Shown: positions 1-7,917 of the stretch, in pieces | Layout: the number at the start of each line of letters is the position of its first letter | How positions within the stretch are numbered: the first letter of the stretch is position 1 | From: Armatimonadota bacterium | Lineage (GTDB): Bacteria; Armatimonadota; Zipacnadia; Zipacnadales; UBA5352 | DNA: 42,109 bases | Assembly: GCA_034722055.1 (NCBI GenBank) | Contig: JAYENL010000088.1 | Span: 1 to 42,109 of the forward strand | Reading direction: 5' to 3' | The notes under the pieces: generated by a model | What the model was told of the DNA's origin: nothing | The model's input: only the letters and a program-made list of their open reading frames with translations | Databases searched by the model: none | Made by a program: the position numbers and the translations under genes

Positions 1-1
1 G

Positions 2-514
2 GTGCTGCAGGACGTGCTGACGGGAGACCAGAGCGAAGCGGAGGTCGAGCAGAACTTCCAGTTCGAGGCCGACGTCGAGATTGAGCTGCAGGGGACCAGC
101 ACGGTCGCCACCGCGCCCAACGGCGCGCGGCTGATGCTGGCGCCGCTGGACGCGTCGCTGCAGCCGGTTGTGACTGTGGGCGACAGGGAGCCGCACACGA
201 GCTATTGGCCGAGCGGGACGCCGTCGGATGTGCTCCGGCGCGAGGACGGCCACGATCAGAAGCATGGCCGGGGCTGGACCGGCCGCGGCGGGCACAAGCT
301 GATGCCCGCGCCGGCGGTGACGTATGTCGGCACGGTGGAGCTGACCGCCGCGATGACCGTCGCCATCGTGCCCCTGGCGCCCGGGCAGGACGAATTGGAG
401 GTGCCGGAGATCACCCGTGCGGCCGAGGACGAGGGAACCGTCTGGACGCTGCCGACGGCCGGCGGCGCCCTGCAGTTGCGCACCTCCGTGGACGACTGCT
501 CGGTGGGGCCGTAG
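2..514 (+). CDS. C-terminal part of a probable heparinase II/III-like protein (5' truncated by window edge)
   Basis: Open frame from the window start to TAG at 512-514. Beta-rich pattern D-V-L-T-G...EQNFQF...GW...PAPAVTY resembles the C-terminal beta-sandwich of heparinase II/III-like lyases (recalled similarity). Confidence 0.5.
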   Translation: MLQDVLTGDQSEAEVEQNFQFEADVEIELQGTSTVATAPNGARLMLAPLDASLQPVVTVGDREPHTSYWPSGTPSDVLRREDGHDQKHGRGWTGRGGHKLMPAPAVTYVGTVELTAAMTVAIVPLAPGQDELEVPEITRAAEDEGTVWTLPTAGGALQLRTSVDDCSVGP

Positions 515-592
515 CGGTTGCGACTGAGCGCTCCGGGGGCTGGTCGGCCCAGCGTGCGGCGTGGCGTGGACTGCTGGAGGGGAGGTGCACCG

Positions 593-1198
593 ATGGGACG
601 GTTGATGTGGCTGGTGAGCGTGGTATCCGCCTGCGCGAGCGCGCTTGTGCTGGCGGCGGCCGACGTGGCCAACGCGGAGGTCGTATTCTCGGATGACTTT
701 GACGAGCCGCTCGGCGAGCGTTGGCAGGTGGTGCAGGGCACGTGGGAGGTTACGGAGGGAGAGCTCGTCCACCCGGACGCATCGGGGGCCCCGCACGCCC
801 GAGTGCTGGCGGGCATGGCCATCCGCGAGGGTGTCATCGAAGTTGATGCCACGCCGATGGAGCAGAACCGGTATCGCTTCGCCTCCGTGGGGCTGGTCGG
901 CAAGTACGTGGACGAGGAGCATCAGTGGTGGTTCCGCTTCGGCTCCTATGGAGCCATCAACATCGACGGGCGCATGCCGGGGGTCGATAAGATCCAGATC
1001 GGCTCGGTGCGACCCGAGTGCGGTCGGACCTATCGGCTCAAGATCGTGATGCGGGGCGGCCTGGTGGGCGTCTCGGTTGACGGAACCACCATGGCGATAT
1101 TCCGTGATCCCTTCGCCGACCTCGAGGGCCGCCCGGGTGTCTTCACCGAGACCCATGCCAGGTTCGACAACTTCACGGTCACGCGCAACGGGCAGTAG
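593..1198 (+). CDS. Secreted single-domain DUF1080/LamG-like (concanavalin-fold) protein
   Basis: GGAGG at 581-585 precedes ATG 593. Signal peptide ends ANA-EV. Motifs FSDDFD, W-x-V-x-x-G-x-W-x-V, G-x-x-G and FDNFTV are typical of the DUF1080/family-16-like fold. Confidence 0.75.
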   Translation: MGRLMWLVSVVSACASALVLAAADVANAEVVFSDDFDEPLGERWQVVQGTWEVTEGELVHPDASGAPHARVLAGMAIREGVIEVDATPMEQNRYRFASVGLVGKYVDEEHQWWFRFGSYGAINIDGRMPGVDKIQIGSVRPECGRTYRLKIVMRGGLVGVSVDGTTMAIFRDPFADLEGRPGVFTETHARFDNFTVTRNGQ

Positions 1199-1232
1199 TG
1201 CCCCTATCCTCAGATCGCAGGGGACCGGCGAG

Positions 1233-3854
1233 ATGAAGACGAGCCGCGTCATCAGTGTGGCGTTCTGCATCGCCCTGTCGGCCTGGGTCGGTCAGGGAGC
1301 GACGGCGGCGACGTGGAGCGATGACTTCGACGACGGCGACTTCGACGGATGGTTCGTCGCAGGTGGGGCCTGGGAGGTGATCGACGGGGCGCTGCATCAG
1401 ACCGCACCCGGGTGGGGGCGCCACTGTATCCTCCTGCGCAAGCGGCTGGACTCGGGCAGCATCTCTCTGCGGGCGATGGCGACGGCCAAGGCGGGCGACG
1501 AGGCGCCCTTCGACTGGGGGAGCTTCGGCGTCATCCTCAGGTTCCGCCGCGGCCAGGGCGCTACTAAGGTGCGCCTGGGGTCCTACGGCGGCGCGAGCCT
1601 GGACGGGCCGCCACAGGACGTTCCCCTGTGTCGTTTCAGCCCCGAGGTCGGCCGCTGGTACGAGGTCAGGGTGGAGCTGACGGCGGAGAGGGTCGTGCTG
1701 TGGATCGACGGGCAGAGGGTGGGCGAGACTGAGACGGAGATCGCGGCTGAGGACGGGTACATCGGCCTCTACGCCGAGAGCCAGGCCGCGTTCGATGATG
1801 TTGCGATCGATGGCGAGTGGGTGGACCTTGCGGCGGCGGACCCGCTGGCCGGCGGCAGCCCCGACTACGAGCTGGTGTGGGCGAACTGGCGCCCCGAGCG
1901 CGCCAACCCCATGCTGGCCATCCCGGTCACCGGCTCGATCTACCTCTACGTTCGCAACACCGGCGACGGGCACGGGGCGATCGAGTCCGCATCGGCTCTT
2001 GGCCGGCCGGCCGTCGGCGAAGCCAAGCCCGACTGGATCGCGTTCGTCCGGCAGCGGCCGATGTTCCTGGCCCCGGGCAGGCTGGGTCAGATCGAGATCC
2101 GCCTGCGGGGGGTCCCGGAAAAGGTGGGCAGCCGCCTGCTGGCGAGTCCCGACGACATGATCGACTGTGACGTGACGGTCAGCCCGGTGAGGGGGCGGCG
2201 CCTGAACGCTCGGGTCGCTCTTGGCGGCGCCTACGAGCCGGTGCAGGTCAACTTCTTCGGATTCTCCGAAGACCTCACGCGGATGTACGCCTACCTGCAG
2301 AACAACCGGGCGGTCTACGGCAGGGATGGCTCGACGTATACCATCAGCCGGGTGTGGGTTGACGGCGTGGAGGTGACGGACCAGACGCGCTTCGGGTCCC
2401 GGGTGCTGGCCTCAGATGTGGTGCCCCTTGAGGTCGCACTTCCCCGGCGCCTGCGCAGGGGCGAGGCCGTGGTGCTGCTTGTGGAGACGGAGGAGGGGCT
2501 GATGACGGGCCACCAGTTGCGGGCCTTCCCCTCCGAGTTCAACGTTCTCGTCTACACTGGCAAGCAGATTCCCCGCACGGACTGGCTGGAGGACATCGGG
2601 AATCACTGTGCGACGGCGGTGCCGCACCGAGCCGGGCCGGACGAGGTCTGGGACCGGTTCGGGTTCAAGCGCTTCCCGATGATCGGCCGCACGCCCAACT
2701 TCATATACCCCGCGGAGAGCTACGGCGGCGAGGACCTCCTGGCGATCTGGGTCGATGAGGTGGACAAGGCCTGGGGGCAGCCGGTCGAGAGGCACATGCA
2801 GTGGTTCTCGAAGGCCGAGGAGTACTTCCTGCTCGACGACAGACGGCTGCCGTGCCTGAGCTACAACTTCGTGTCACCGCAGGCCAGCTCCGCAAGCGGA
2901 CATCTCGTGGTCGGCGACACCGTCATGCACTCCTACGGCTACTTCATGTGCCCCGCCACCGGCGGCGACTTCGGCTACATCCAGCGGCTGCCCTACCGGG
3001 AGTTCCGCCTGGGACGGCGCCCCTTCTGGCCCTACTTCCGCGACGGCGAGATCCCCGTCCCCGTTGACCCCGACAGCCGGGAGGTGCTGCCGCTGGCGGA
3101 CCAGTTCCAGCGCTGCCTCACGCCGAAGGAGCAGCGCCGGATCACCTACGGGGTGCTCATGGAGGGCGCCAAGTCCATCGCTCACTGGGGCTACTGGGCC
3201 ACCGAAAAGACGGGGCACTACTACATCGATGGGCCGCTGGTGCGCACCGGCCTGGGGGCTCTGGCCGGCAACTGGGCGTGGGGGTACATCTACCCCGACG
3301 ATGTCGCGGGGATGCTCAAGGACAACTGGGATGAGATCGGGCGCCTCAACGCGGAGATGCGCACCGTCGGCCCCGAGCTGGCCATTGCCGACGTGTGCTA
3401 CCGGGCTGAAGTGACCAGGTGCGCGCCCGCTAGGGCGCCGAACGGCAAGCCGGCCGCAGCCGCCACCGCCCTCATCGCCGGCTGCGACACGATGATCCTC
3501 CTGGTCCTGAACCAGAACATCGACCTCGGGGAGTCCTTCGCCCCTACGGGTCCGCTGTCCAATCCCAACAGCCCCGTCTCGTACGAGCCTGTGGCGGTGG
3601 AGGTGGAGCTGTCGGTGCCCCACTGGCTGCGGCCAGCGTCGGTCTTCGGGGTGAGCCATCGGGGACTCGAGGACGTCGAGCCGCGAGATGACGGGAAGGG
3701 CGGGCTGGTGTTCACGTTCCCGGAGCTTTCGGTCTCCAGGATGATCGTCATCACCGCGGACCCGCGCCTGCGGGGGGAGTGCTCCGGGCGTCTGGCCAGG
3801 CTCCAGGAGCTGCTTGATGCCGCCGACCAACAGACGCCCATACGTGCACAGTAA
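1233..3854 (+). CDS. Secreted multidomain protein: N-terminal DUF1080-like domain, Ig-like middle, putative GH-A-like TIM-barrel
   Basis: ATG 1233 begins the signal peptide MKTSRVISVAFCIALSAW. WSDDFDDG...FDDVAID domain follows. C-terminal half has WVDEVD and EGAKSIAHWGY...WDEIGRLN motifs. Confidence 0.7.
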   Translation: MKTSRVISVAFCIALSAWVGQGATAATWSDDFDDGDFDGWFVAGGAWEVIDGALHQTAPGWGRHCILLRKRLDSGSISLRAMATAKAGDEAPFDWGSFGVILRFRRGQGATKVRLGSYGGASLDGPPQDVPLCRFSPEVGRWYEVRVELTAERVVLWIDGQRVGETETEIAAEDGYIGLYAESQAAFDDVAIDGEWVDLAAADPLAGGSPDYELVWANWRPERANPMLAIPVTGSIYLYVRNTGDGHGAIESASALGRPAVGEAKPDWIAFVRQRPMFLAPGRLGQIEIRLRGVPEKVGSRLLASPDDMIDCDVTVSPVRGRRLNARVALGGAYEPVQVNFFGFSEDLTRMYAYLQNNRAVYGRDGSTYTISRVWVDGVEVTDQTRFGSRVLASDVVPLEVALPRRLRRGEAVVLLVETEEGLMTGHQLRAFPSEFNVLVYTGKQIPRTDWLEDIGNHCATAVPHRAGPDEVWDRFGFKRFPMIGRTPNFIYPAESYGGEDLLAIWVDEVDKAWGQPVERHMQWFSKAEEYFLLDDRRLPCLSYNFVSPQASSASGHLVVGDTVMHSYGYFMCPATGGDFGYIQRLPYREFRLGRRPFWPYFRDGEIPVPVDPDSREVLPLADQFQRCLTPKEQRRITYGVLMEGAKSIAHWGYWATEKTGHYYIDGPLVRTGLGALAGNWAWGYIYPDDVAGMLKDNWDEIGRLNAEMRTVGPELAIADVCYRAEVTRCAPARAPNGKPAAAATALIAGCDTMILLVLNQNIDLGESFAPTGPLSNPNSPVSYEPVAVEVELSVPHWLRPASVFGVSHRGLEDVEPRDDGKGGLVFTFPELSVSRMIVITADPRLRGECSGRLARLQELLDAADQQTPIRAQ

Positions 3855-3929
3855 GTCCGCTCCTGACGAACACTGTTCCCGGAATGGATGGTCTCGGTTG
3901 CTGGGGATGTGGACGGTCTCCAGGGCGAA

Positions 3930-4027
3930 GTCCTGAGGGAGAGCGACGATATCCGGCCCCAGGTCAGTGTGCTCGCCTGAGTAGTATTCCTCGGCCGGGT
4001 GAACCTTGAGATCCCTCTGGCCTTCGG
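3930..4027 (-). pseudogene. Fragment of an alkaline-phosphatase-superfamily (COG3379-like) phosphohydrolase, interrupted by the MITE
   Basis: Minus frame reads EGQRDLKVHPAEEYYSGEHTDLGPDIVALPQD, matching the recalled V-x-x-x-EE-x-Y-x-G-x(4-5)-PD-[IL]V motif. The frame stays open across the empty site when 4028-4458 is removed. No convincing start and no full-length gene. Confidence 0.45.
4019..4027. repeat. Left 9-bp target-site duplication GGCCTTCGG
   Basis: Identical to 4450-4458 and directly abuts the left TIR. Confidence 0.9.
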
Positions 4028-4449
4028 CTACGCATTACGCACATCTTGAGAGAGGCCAGGCCTGTGATGGAGTTGACCACGCGCTCGGGCGTGTGTTGTT
4101 GTCGTACGGAGGGGCCGCCCGAGCGTAGCGATGGAGAAGCCAGTAGGCTTCTCTTAAGAGTTCGCTATCCGAACTCCAGGGTGCCGCCTGCGCGGTCGTA
4201 TTGCGCAGGTGGCAGGTTCCATCCCGGCCCGGCCGTTTGCCGTTCGCGCTCAGGAACGACATGGGCCGGGGTGGAACCTTCGGCCCTGGCGGGCCTCACT
4301 CCTCGCGCCGCCGGGGGCGGCGACGCTCGGAGCGGCCCCTCCATCACACGGCGTGCGGGCGAGGGCGCCCGCGCCACGGAAGTGAATGACCTGGCGGACA
4401 ACGCGGCCATTGGACTTCCGCGAGCGGGCAAGATGTGAGTAATGCATAG
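4028..4449. mobile_element. MITE / non-autonomous IS4-family (IS50/Tn5-like) element, 422 bp
   Basis: TIRs CTACGCATTACGCACATCTTG (4028-4048) and the reverse complement of 4429-4449, CTATGCATTACTCACATCTTG, match at 19/21. Flanked by a perfect 9-bp direct repeat. The ends match the Tn5 mosaic end CTGTCTCTTATACACATCT at 12/19 and 13/19. No transposase inside. Confidence 0.88.
4063..4374 (+). ncRNA. Putative structured RNA / folded interior of the MITE
   Basis: Long-range stem 4063-4072/4339-4348 encloses hairpins 4081-4126, 4134-4153, 4158-4176, 4183-4213, 4214-4279 and 4306-4322. A further hairpin lies at 4353-4374. Non-Watson-Crick positions in these stems are G-U on the + strand. Confidence 0.4.
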
Positions 4450-4458
4450 GGCCTTCGG
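4450..4458. repeat. Right 9-bp target-site duplication GGCCTTCGG
   Basis: Identical to 4019-4027 and directly abuts the right TIR. Confidence 0.9.
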
Positions 4459-4554
4459 GGAGGCACTGCCGGCACGAGGGCAGCCAAGCACATCGCTGCC
4501 CCCCGGTCCCTGGGCCCGCGGCCTGCGCCAGCCCCCTCTGCTGCGCGGTGACGG

Positions 4555-7500
4555 TCAGTCGAAGAGCAGGTAGGCGCCGAGCACGGCACCGACCGCGTCA
4601 AGGACCCGGTCGAAGGTGCTTGGGCGCTGGAGCCTGCGGACCATGTAGTCCGAGGGAACGAGGATGATGTCCCCCGGCCTGATATCTGCCTTCAGCGCTT
4701 CAGCCTCCACTGCGCCATTGGCACGAATGACCACGGTCCGTCGCAGACGCGCATCCGGCGCCGGGCCTCCGGAGTTGTTGATGTAGTCCGTGGGCCTGAG
4801 GCTCTCTTTCCAGACCAGGGCACCTGGACGCACCACTGCTCCGAACACGGTGACTGTACTGGGCATCTCGGGAACCACGACCACGTCCCCGTGTGCGAGG
4901 TCGAAGTTGGCATCCTCCCCGTTGGTGGCGAGCATGCGCTCGCCGTCAATGGGAACTGCGCGAGCCCACGCCTGCTCGGTCAGCCTTCGTGGGGGGACAA
5001 TCATGGCTGATCCGCCTTCGGAGAATGCGGTTCTGAGGCCCTCGGCAACTCGCTGGGTAATGCCGGCCTCCCTCTGCTCCTCGCCCTTCACCGTCCTCGC
5101 CGCAAGCTCCCGGTTCAGGACAGCTATGACCTGGCGGAGGTCCTCCGACTGCTCCTCCCCAATGATCTCATCGCGCAGGCGGTAGAGGACGATGCCATTG
5201 GGATTGGCGTTGGGCAACAGCCCTCCCGCCCTCTGCACCAGATCGAACACGGTATCCGTCTCGTCCGGCCCCACCTGGAGGGCATAGGTTCCTGGCTTCG
5301 CCACCCTGCCACGGATGGTCACGGACTTCGGCCAGCCTATGAGGTCGCCCATCCCCAGGACGGTGACCAGGTCATTGTCTTCAAGCACCGGGTCGGGCTC
5401 GACGGTGAAGGTTGCCCCGTCGTGCTGGAGGCTGAGATAGATCGATTCCACCTCTGTCCTCGCACCGCCGGGAGTGTACTGCACCTGGTCTCCCGCGTTG
5501 GGCGCAAGGCCTCCGCCCGCGATCAGAGCGTCGGAGACGCGCATGCCCTCCAGGCGCGGGTACCGTCCCGGCTCGTTGACGTAGCCCTCCACCTCTATCT
5601 CGCTTGCGACCGTGACATCCGAACGCTGCAGGACGCGCAGCACATCGCCACGCTCAATCCGCAGATCCGCGCTCTGCTCGCCGTCCAATGCCTCTGCGAG
5701 CCGCACCGGGATGATCTCTCTGCGCTGGTCGGCGGTGAGCCTCTGCAGATCAGCTCGCCCGGTGTAAGCGCCCTCCAAAAGCCCACCGGTCTCGGTGATC
5801 AGATCGGAGACCCGCATTCCCTCCCTCCAGGGAACGATCCCGGGCCGGCGCACAGCGCCGGTGACCTCCACCTCCATGGGCGCCTCCGCCTGCTCCTCTG
5901 AGAGGATGACCACCTGGTCGCGTGGGCGCAGGGCCATATTCTCCTCCGCATCCCCCGACAGGGCCGCCCCGAGGTCGAAGCTGATGTGCTCGTAGTCCAA
6001 CTCCTCGTTGAGTCGCCAGAGCCACGCTCGCTCGATGTGGGCGTTCTCAGTGACCCCCTGCGCCCTGTCTAGCAGCTCCGCGACGGTCATCCCCTCCCGG
6101 AACTCGTAGTATCCCGGGCGGGCCACGGCACCATACAGCTCCACCGCGTTGTGAGGCTCCTCCAGCACGGGGGCCACGACGATGAGGTCGCCGGCGCGCG
6201 TCTGCAGCTCGCTTTCGGACTCCTCGAGTGCGTCCACATTGAGGAGATGGCGCCGGCCGGACTCGCCAACACGCCAGATCTGCAGCTTGCCTGCATGTCC
6301 GACGCTGGTGAGGCCGCCCGCCATTTCCAGCGCCTCCGCCACTGTGGTGGCATCCTCAAGCTCATAGCGGCCCGGCCTCTGCACCTCGCCGGTCAGGCCC
6401 ACGGTGGGGCCGGCCGGAGGTATGAACACGGTGTCATCGGGCTCGAGCAACACGTCGGCACTGGTATCTCCCTCCAGGAGGTAGTCGTAGAGGTCCACGG
6501 TCCGCGGCTCCTGCCCCCTGCGATGCAGCGTGATTCTGCGGAGGCTGCCGATCTCGCTGGGGCCGCCGGCGGCGTAGAGCGCCGAGAAGACGGTTGAGGC
6601 ACCGCTGAGTCTGTAGGTGCCCGGCCGCATGGCATCGCCCGTCACACGGACCTCGATCACCCGGGTCCGTGCCAATGCCACACTCACCTGGGCGCGGTCG
6701 AAATACTCGTGGTAGCGCTCCGTGAGCATCTCGCGGATCTCCCCCAGCGTCTTGCTGCCCACTGTCACCTCGCCCACCAGCTCGAGATAGATCTTGCCTT
6801 CGGCGTCAACCGTGGGCGTGACCGCGATGTGTTCCACGGCCTCCGTCCACACCCGCACGGCCAGCTCGTCGCCGGGCCCGATGATGTATGATGGGGGCAC
6901 AGCCTGGCCGGCGATGAGCTGCCCGCGCTCAGCCTCGTCTCGCCGCGAGATCCTCTCCGGAGCCTCTCGGGAGTCCCTCTCGGCTACCGCCTCCGCCTCA
7001 TCCTCCCGAGCTGCCTCCGCAGCGGCGAACACCTCCATGCCGAAGCGGGGAAGCTGCGCGAAGCGGTCGGCTGCGGAGGGCATGGGTGCGCCGGGCCGCG
7101 CCGGCTCCCGAGCTCCGTCGCCGAGGCCTCTCGCAGCCGGCGGACCGGCTGGGGGCGACGGTGGAGGCCACTGGCCGAACTCGGCGTCCGGGAGCGCGTA
7201 TCGCTCCAGGGTCAACCGCTCGGGGAGCCGTCCGGTGCCCTCGTGGAAGGCGAGAGAGCAGCGGCGCAGCCAGCTCGGCGGCTGATTCGCAACAGCTTCC
7301 GGCGCCCAACCTGGCAGCAGGTACACGCCCCAATGGTCGGCTGCGTCCAGATCGCCGGAGAAGCTGAGTGCCACGCTGCCGTCCGGGAGCATGACGTTCG
7401 GTGACAGGGAGAGCATCAGGTAGGGGCTCTGCGCGTGAGGCCTCGTGGCGCGGAATGCCCTGTCTCCGACGGTCACCGTGAGCTCCTCCACAGGCGGTTG

Positions 7501-7644
7501 CGTCCTGATCACCAGCAGGGCGCTCTCCAGGGCGCCCTCCGCCTGGGCGGTCTCACCCACCGGCTGGGCCAAGGCGACCTGCCCCATCGCCAGCAGCAAC
7601 GATAGAATAAGGAGACTCCGCTGCGCTCCGCCGTGCTGCATCAT
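4555..7644 (-). CDS. Polysaccharide export protein (Wza/KpsD-like, Poly_export domain plus 7 SLBB repeats)
   Basis: GGAGG upstream of ATG 7644 and a signal peptide. YIIGPGDEL...VDAEGKI Poly_export motif, followed by seven G-x-V/A-x-x-PG repeats (VTGDAMRPG, LTGEVQRPG, LYGAVARPG, VTGAVRRPG, VEGYVNEPG, IRGRVAKPG, VFGAVVRPG). Confidence 0.9.
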   Translation of the reverse strand: MMQHGGAQRSLLILSLLLAMGQVALAQPVGETAQAEGALESALLVIRTQPPVEELTVTVGDRAFRATRPHAQSPYLMLSLSPNVMLPDGSVALSFSGDLDAADHWGVYLLPGWAPEAVANQPPSWLRRCSLAFHEGTGRLPERLTLERYALPDAEFGQWPPPSPPAGPPAARGLGDGAREPARPGAPMPSAADRFAQLPRFGMEVFAAAEAAREDEAEAVAERDSREAPERISRRDEAERGQLIAGQAVPPSYIIGPGDELAVRVWTEAVEHIAVTPTVDAEGKIYLELVGEVTVGSKTLGEIREMLTERYHEYFDRAQVSVALARTRVIEVRVTGDAMRPGTYRLSGASTVFSALYAAGGPSEIGSLRRITLHRRGQEPRTVDLYDYLLEGDTSADVLLEPDDTVFIPPAGPTVGLTGEVQRPGRYELEDATTVAEALEMAGGLTSVGHAGKLQIWRVGESGRRHLLNVDALEESESELQTRAGDLIVVAPVLEEPHNAVELYGAVARPGYYEFREGMTVAELLDRAQGVTENAHIERAWLWRLNEELDYEHISFDLGAALSGDAEENMALRPRDQVVILSEEQAEAPMEVEVTGAVRRPGIVPWREGMRVSDLITETGGLLEGAYTGRADLQRLTADQRREIIPVRLAEALDGEQSADLRIERGDVLRVLQRSDVTVASEIEVEGYVNEPGRYPRLEGMRVSDALIAGGGLAPNAGDQVQYTPGGARTEVESIYLSLQHDGATFTVEPDPVLEDNDLVTVLGMGDLIGWPKSVTIRGRVAKPGTYALQVGPDETDTVFDLVQRAGGLLPNANPNGIVLYRLRDEIIGEEQSEDLRQVIAVLNRELAARTVKGEEQREAGITQRVAEGLRTAFSEGGSAMIVPPRRLTEQAWARAVPIDGERMLATNGEDANFDLAHGDVVVVPEMPSTVTVFGAVVRPGALVWKESLRPTDYINNSGGPAPDARLRRTVVIRANGAVEAEALKADIRPGDIILVPSDYMVRRLQRPSTFDRVLDAVGAVLGAYLLFD

Positions 7645-7917
7645 GACCTTTCCTCCGATGACGGATGTACCCATCCGCCGAGACGTCCGCGTTGATTCCG
7701 CCATTTCAGATGCCGCCCACGCCCGTGCGCACCCGGCACTGGCGTCCCCGCGACGGTGTCGTCCTCGCGAGAGAGCTGGGCCCCCCCGCCACCGAGTGCG
7801 GCGGTCGTCAGCATCCGGCGACCTCGGAAGTGACCACAGGCAAGCACTGGCCGAAGGGCGAGGGCGAGCTGGAGGCTTCAGCCTGGTGCTGATGAAACGA
7901 TGCTCCTGCAGGGAAGG

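Noticed and set aside
4063..4374. Known RNA class (tRNA, tmRNA, RNase P, SRP, riboswitch, retron msr-msd)
   Set aside because: I could not find the diagnostic motifs of any of these, and there is no reverse transcriptase nearby. Left as an unclassified fold.
4046..4438. 130-aa ORF inside the MITE as a transposase remnant or cargo protein
   Set aside because: No DDE or YREK motif and the composition is typical of GC-rich non-coding frames. The faint WAGVE...GGGDAR likeness to Tn5-type N-termini is too weak to call.
4028..4449. Ends could be Nextera/Tn5 adapter contamination
   Set aside because: Only 12-13 of 19 bases match the mosaic end, the two ends differ from each other, and they are flanked by a genomic 9-bp duplication. 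Adapter carry-over would be an exact match.
7889..7900. CTGATGA as a hammerhead ribozyme core
   Set aside because: No stem II followed by GAAA, and no flanking helices.
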